From contig CBDESU010000002.1 in NCBI GenBank assembly GCA_965242695.1, forward strand, positions 384,001-448,000: a stretch of DNA of 64,000 bases, read 5' to 3'. Positions 58,765-64,000 of this stretch are shown here, piece after piece. Under the pieces are notes generated by a model. The model made no database searches. It was not told the origin of the DNA and worked only from the letters and a program-made list of their open reading frames with translations. The position numbers and the translations under genes are program-made. Origin of the DNA: Cenarchaeum sp. (GTDB lineage: Archaea; Thermoproteota; Nitrososphaeria; Nitrososphaerales; Nitrosopumilaceae). How positions within the stretch are numbered: the stretch's first letter is position 1; every line of letters begins with the position of its first letter.

Positions 58765-59556
58765 CTAGCAGACTAATCCTGCCAGCCTAGACGCCCCGCC
58801 TTGCTTTGCATGAATCGCCCTTGCATGCCCAAGGTCCGGGTACTCGCCGATCGCCTCGCCGTGGACGAGGCGGCCGTTCGCCTTCGGGGTGCGCCCGCCC
58901 CACTGCTTGAAGAAGACCGGGACGCCGTCCTCACGGCACATGGATATCAGGTTGTCGACCCATTCGGGGTCCATGTGGCGGCAGTGCGGGCCGCTCTCGC
59001 CGCCGATGATGGCCCAGTCGATCCCCCTCAGCGACCTCGCGCGGATATTCTCGAGCAGCGGCTCGAAGCTGACGAACCGCGTTTCGCATCGGACGGCGAG
59101 CAGCTCGCCTATGCGGTGCGCCGCCGCGTTGTCCTCTACGCTGGTCCCCATCCATATGTGCGGCGGGACGGGGATGCCGTAGTGCGCCTCGAACATGCGC
59201 GAGAACTCGGCCATGCGGGCGGGGCGCTTTGTGAGGACCTGGTAGGTGTGCCAGTCGGCCCGCAGCATGGTGTGGAAGCACCTCCCGACGAACGCATAGT
59301 CCGCATTCTCGTGGAACAGGTCGGACATGCTGTTGACGAATATGCGGCGCGGCTTGCGCCAGCGCAGCGGGATGTCGATGTCCGCCTCGTGCTCGGCATA
59401 CTCGAAGTTGCGTGCGTACTTTTTCTGTCCCATGGCCTGGAGGCGGTTCGTGAGGCGCGCGGCGTAGCAGTTCTTGCAGCCGCTTGAGATCTTTGTGCAG
59501 CCGGTCGTCGGGTTCCACGTAGCCTCGGTCCACTCGATGGCGGATACGGCGGCCAA
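58765..59556 (-). CDS. DUF5131 / phage Gp37-Gp68 family radical-SAM-like protein, copy 1
   Basis: IEWTEATWNPTTGCTKISSGCKNCYA, FVNSMSDLFH, LTKRP, SFEPLL, IIGGESG, FFKQWGG. Confidence 0.93.
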   Translation of the reverse strand: MAAVSAIEWTEATWNPTTGCTKISSGCKNCYAARLTNRLQAMGQKKYARNFEYAEHEADIDIPLRWRKPRRIFVNSMSDLFHENADYAFVGRCFHTMLRADWHTYQVLTKRPARMAEFSRMFEAHYGIPVPPHIWMGTSVEDNAAAHRIGELLAVRCETRFVSFEPLLENIRARSLRGIDWAIIGGESGPHCRHMDPEWVDNLISMCREDGVPVFFKQWGGRTPKANGRLVHGEAIGEYPDLGHARAIHAKQGGASRLAGLVC

Positions 59557-60534
59557 TGCTAGCGCCGCCTCCCACTGCGCGCGGCCCGGGTACGGCGAGG
59601 CAGGCGCCGAGTGCCGCCCAAGATTTCCATGCGATCTGCCAGCCGGCCAGGGGCGTCCGCCTTGACGCCCGCCCTCTCAGAGTCCGGCGCCGCGCCTGTC
59701 CGCAAGGTGCGCCGCGCCAAGGGCGGCGGCCCATGCAGGATGCCGGCCCCGCCAGGCACGACAGGCAGGCCGCACCGGGCCCGGCCCGCTCCGCACCGCC
59801 TGAACCTAGCGCCGCCCGTCCACGCCGCGCCGCCCCCGCACGGCGCGGCCGCAGGACAGACATGGGCCAGCCTGCGCCCGCGCACGCCTCTCCCGCCCCC
59901 CGCCGAAAGCGGGCGGGGGCCAGACCTGCCGTTCATGGGAGGCCGCGCCAGACGGTACGGTATCTGTGTTTGCTAGTGCTAGGAGTTGACAACTTGTCAG
60001 CTGGTTTTCCAACCGCCCTCCCGCATCGGCGCAGGTGCGCCTCAACTGCAATGCGGGGAAGCGGGGCGGCGTTCTCGCCATCCTGCCCCTACAATACAGG
60101 CGGCCGCCCAACTGTGGCGGGCCTGTTCGACACTGCGAAATGGCCCTCGCCACCCTCGTCCCCTGCGTCCGGCCGACGCGCCTCCGGCCGACGCGCCCTT
60201 GTGCATTACAGCAGTGGCGCGACGATTCGGCAGAGGTTCTTGGCCGCCAGCGGCAGTCGGAGGCTGCCCGCAGACGCGCCCTGTCTGGCCGCCGGTGCTA
60301 GCGAGTCTATGCTAGCCCCGGGCGGGGCATGCCATGAGCCGCGCGGGCGGCGTGTTGCCAGATCAAGCAGGGAGCGCAGCGCTGGCCGTACGCCCGCCCG
60401 CTCCCAGGCCTATGCCGAAAAAGCTGGAAAAGGGCAAGCCGCCCAAGATTTGGAATGCGGCGGGCAGTAGTCGTCAAGGCACGTACCCAACAGCTGCCAG
60501 ATCTCGTTCTCAGGCCAGCGCGCATTCAAGGCCG

Positions 60535-61338
60535 TCATGAGATGCCCCCCTGCACCGGGGGCAGTTCTAGCGCAACTTGCATCCTCTTCCTGTCCCAGGC
60601 GCCGGGCCCCCTCACGGCAGGATACCTCCCGATCGGCCTCCCCCTCACGAGCCGCCCGCCGGCCTTTGGGGTGCGCCCGCCCCACTGCTTGAAGAAGACC
60701 GGGACGCCGTCCCGCCTGCACTGGGCAATCAGGCCGTCGACCCAGCCCGGGTCCACGGGCCGGTGCCGCGGGCCGCTCTCGCCGCCGATGATGGCCCAGT
60801 CGATCCCCCTCAGCGACCTCTTGCGGATCCTCTCTAGCAGCGGCTCGAAGCTTACGAACCGCATCCGGCAGCGCACCCCGAGCAGCTCGCCTATGCGGTG
60901 CGCCGCCGCGTTGTCCTCTACGCTGGTCCCCATCCATATGTGGGGCGGGACGGGCAGGCCGTAGTGCGCCTCGAACATGCGCGAGAACTCGGCCATGCGG
61001 GCGGGGCGCTTTGTGAGTATCTGGTAGGTGTGCCAGTCGGCCTGGAGCATGGTGTGGAAGCACCTCCCGACGAACGCATAGTCGGCGTCCTCGTGGAACA
61101 GGTCGGACATGCTGTTGACGAATATGCGGCGCGGCTTGCGCCAGCGCAGCGGGATGTCGATGTCGGCCTCGTGCTCGGCGTACTTGAAGTTGTTCCTGTA
61201 CTTTTTCTGGCCCATGGCCTTTAGGCGCTTTGAGAGGCGCTCGGCGTAGCAGTTCTTGCAGCCGGTAGAAATCTTTGAGCATCCGGTCGTCGGGTTCCAC
61301 GTCGCCTCGGTCCACTCGATGGCGGATAAGTTGGCCAA
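60535..61338 (-). CDS. DUF5131 / phage Gp37-Gp68 family radical-SAM-like protein, copy 2
   Basis: Same motifs, highly similar to copy 1; probable TTG start. Confidence 0.93.
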   Translation of the reverse strand: MANLSAIEWTEATWNPTTGCSKISTGCKNCYAERLSKRLKAMGQKKYRNNFKYAEHEADIDIPLRWRKPRRIFVNSMSDLFHEDADYAFVGRCFHTMLQADWHTYQILTKRPARMAEFSRMFEAHYGLPVPPHIWMGTSVEDNAAAHRIGELLGVRCRMRFVSFEPLLERIRKRSLRGIDWAIIGGESGPRHRPVDPGWVDGLIAQCRRDGVPVFFKQWGGRTPKAGGRLVRGRPIGRYPAVRGPGAWDRKRMQVALELPPVQGGIS

Positions 61339-62201
61339 GGCTAGCGCCGCCTCCCGTGCGGGGCGGGCCCTGGCGGGGGGCCGCTGGCGCGCCACGGGTA
61401 CTCTGGCCGCGGGCCGGGCGGGGGGCCGCGGCGCCTAGCCAGGGGCGCCGCATCCCCCCTCGGCGCTGCTGTCTTGCTCTGCACACGGCATTTGGGCCGG
61501 GCTGGGAATCAACTTGGCGTGTCATCAAAATTGCACCCCATGGTGAGCACATCCGCACTCCGGCCCGATCGAGGCTGCTCCGCCGGGGCGACGCCCGCTG
61601 CTAGGCGCGGCGGAGGGGCATCTCCACACGGAGGCGGCGGCATGCCGAGGCCCGCAGCGTCCGCAGGCGGCACGGCGAGATTCCCGCCGCCGTCTGCTGC
61701 GGAATCGGCTCGATTATGCCCCCCCCCCCCCCGCATGCGCAAAGCCGGCAGGCCTCCAAGCTGAGCCCTGGCCGCCCCGCCCGAGGCCAGGCGGCAGGGC
61801 CGCTGGCGCGGGCGGGACCTCGCGCGGCCGGGCGGGCCGTAGTGCGACAGGGGGCGGACGGGCTCCCGGCGAAGCGGCGAGGACTGCGGTTCGCTGGCAG
61901 GCGGCGGCGGTCTAGAACCCCGCCCCGCCCCCGGCGCCCGACGGGGCGAGTGCGGGCGGCGGACGATGGCGCGGCAACAGATGCCCAAGAGTCGGCGCCC
62001 GTCCAGGCTACCGGGGCCGAACCGCACGATGCATGCGCCAGATCCGACCGAAGGGGCGCGACTTTGCGGCGCCCCGCTTACTGCTACATGCCTTCCTACA
62101 ACCCCTTGGCCTGCCCGCGCCTGTGTCACTATCAGGAATACGGTAAATCATCCCAGGGTCCAGTTTTATACATTCATATGCAAACGCCCCGGCGCCGGCC
62201 C

Positions 62202-63809
62202 ATGAACTGGCAAGAGTACGACCTGCAAGAGTCACAAGAGCCCCACCTCGCGATCTATGAGGTTAAAAAGGACGGGGATGGGCGGCAGGAGTGGGGCAGG
62301 GAGGCCGGCGTCCAGTCGTATCTGCGCAGGGCCAAGCAGCTGGCCTACTCGCCCTGGTCCGACCGTGCGGCCCTGCTCGACTTTGTCAGGGCCAGCCCAG
62401 CCCCCGACGCCGAGCACTGCAGGTCCCGCCTCGGCGCAGGCATCAGCCCGCTCTTGAGGTGGCACTACCATACCGCCCTGTTCTTCGCCGAGAGGGGCGA
62501 TTGGCTCTGCAGAGCGGTTCCGCTCGTGCTGGATAGCGCCAGGCGCACCGGCGACGAGTTTTCCGCCTCCGCATACCTGCTGATCGCGCACAACCTAAAC
62601 CGGTGGTTCAACTGCCGCCTGGACGGGCGCGTGCTGGAGACTGCCCTAGGATTTACCCGGGGATGCAGGGCGGCTCGCACCGTGCGCAGAGCAGCCGAGG
62701 TAGTGGCCGTCCTCGAAACGAGCTCTGCGGTCAGGGACGGCCTGCGCGACCACCTTGTAGGGAAGGCGCTGCGCCTCGAGCCAGAGAAAGCCCGCCCGTA
62801 CCTTGCCGCGGCCATCGCCGTGGCGCGCGACAAGGCGCCCGCCAAGGCTGCATGGGCAGGGACGTACGAGCGGCATGCCGACATGCAGGAGGATCCGCTG
62901 CTAAAGTTATCCTACTACGAGTGCGCCAAGCGCCACTTGGACGACCCGGAGAGGCTGCGAGAGGTCAACAAAAAGGCCGCGGCCGCCCAAAAGTCCGTCC
63001 GGCTCGAGGGCCATGCGCACATGTACAATGTCTGGCCTTGCCCGGTGCGCGGGCAGTGCGGCTTCGAGAGGGTGGGGAGCCTCGTCCGCACGTTCATGCG
63101 GCTTGTCCACACCGCCGAGGTCGTGCGCCTGCAGGCGACGGAACCGTGCGGCCCCTCTCCGCTGGAGCATGCGTTCACGCGCATTTCCTTGGGGGACGAC
63201 GGGGTTCCAAGGCCTCTTGGCGGGGGCACCGGCCAGGGCGAGGCAGGCGGACATGCAAGGCAGCTGGCGCATGCGATTCGCCTCTCGGGGCCGGCCCTCT
63301 CCGCTGGCGCCCGCCCCCACGAGGACGGCGGGCGCATAACAGCGGAAAGCTACGTCGGCTACATAGAGTCGTTCGGACTCTGCGCCCCAGCCAACCTGCG
63401 GCTGATCAGGGAGGGCGCCGAGGCGCACTGCGCGGGCAGCTACGCGGCGGCCGTCCACATACTGCTGCCCCAGCTGGAGCATGCCCTCAGATCCATCCTT
63501 GAGGCAGGGGGTGCCGGCACGGCGAGGGGAAGGGAGGCCAAACTGGACCTGCTAAAGCCTATGATAGAGCGGGGCGGCGGCGCGATCGGCCGCGGCCTGG
63601 CCGAGTTTTTGAGGGTGTGGCTGGTCGACGACGGGGCGGGGTCGATCAACCTCCGCAACAGGGTATGCCACGGCATGTACGCGGACTATGGGAGCATGGA
63701 CGGGTACGATCCGCTGCACGAGCTTGGCCACGGGACGTCGCTCATGCTTGTACTGGCCATCTGCGCGCTGGCCGTCCGATCCGTGCACGGGGGCGGCTCG
63801 GCTGCGTAG
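62202..63809 (+). CDS. DUF4209-like protein with C-terminal HEPN-type Rx4H motif
   Basis: HILLPQLEHALR...NLRNRVCHG; TTTTATA box at 62164-62170. Confidence 0.78.
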   Translation: MNWQEYDLQESQEPHLAIYEVKKDGDGRQEWGREAGVQSYLRRAKQLAYSPWSDRAALLDFVRASPAPDAEHCRSRLGAGISPLLRWHYHTALFFAERGDWLCRAVPLVLDSARRTGDEFSASAYLLIAHNLNRWFNCRLDGRVLETALGFTRGCRAARTVRRAAEVVAVLETSSAVRDGLRDHLVGKALRLEPEKARPYLAAAIAVARDKAPAKAAWAGTYERHADMQEDPLLKLSYYECAKRHLDDPERLREVNKKAAAAQKSVRLEGHAHMYNVWPCPVRGQCGFERVGSLVRTFMRLVHTAEVVRLQATEPCGPSPLEHAFTRISLGDDGVPRPLGGGTGQGEAGGHARQLAHAIRLSGPALSAGARPHEDGGRITAESYVGYIESFGLCAPANLRLIREGAEAHCAGSYAAAVHILLPQLEHALRSILEAGGAGTARGREAKLDLLKPMIERGGGAIGRGLAEFLRVWLVDDGAGSINLRNRVCHGMYADYGSMDGYDPLHELGHGTSLMLVLAICALAVRSVHGGGSAA

Positions 63810-64000
63810 TGGCAGGCTCGCGGCCGGAACCGCGCAGGGGGCGCGGAGCATGGCAGGAATCGCAGGCCGGCGGCCCGATGCGCGCCGCAGGCGAAAGGGG
63901 GCCAGACGGGGCGCCGCCTACAGGGGGCCGCCGCCGCATGCGCGCGCTCGGACGGCAGCGGGCAGGTCCTGCACGGCCGGGTGGATACTCTTCTGTGTGC

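Noticed and set aside
1-64000. tRNA, rRNA, integrase or provirus structural genes
   Set aside because: None recognised by eye; a tRNAscan/Rfam search would be needed to exclude small RNAs.

Overview
This GC-rich 64-kb window has no housekeeping genes and reads as an accessory defence island. It is probably from a thaumarchaeote (Nitrososphaerota). Two observations support this: many genes have a TTTATA/CTTATA box about 20-30 nt before the start codon, and one protein ends in a C-terminus resembling thaumarchaeal S-layer proteins. The host assignment is inference. The best candidate for a new system is a five-gene operon at 41052-44992 with ATGA/GTGA start-stop overlaps at three of its four junctions. 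It encodes a ubiquitin-like protein, a CEHH-type E2-like protein, a JAB/JAMM peptidase and an E1 (the BilABCD layout), followed by a SIR2-family NADase-like gene. Other defence-type content: a TIR-STAND (Avs-like) protein, three AlbA_2/Schlafen fusions, two OLD-like ABC-TOPRIM nucleases, a RloC/PrrC-like ATPase, a convergent Kiwa-like pair, several orphan HEPN-type genes, a TcmP gene with two DUF5131 copies, and two GIY-YIG-like proteins. Mobile and repeat content: a complete IS66-like element with 16-bp terminal inverted repeats (TIRs) and an 8-bp target-site duplication (TSD), a decayed second copy, a 23 x 18-bp tandem array, and a protein built from four tandem-repeat blocks. All family calls come from motif recognition by eye; no database search was run. 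Many start codons were moved downstream of the ORF-track starts.
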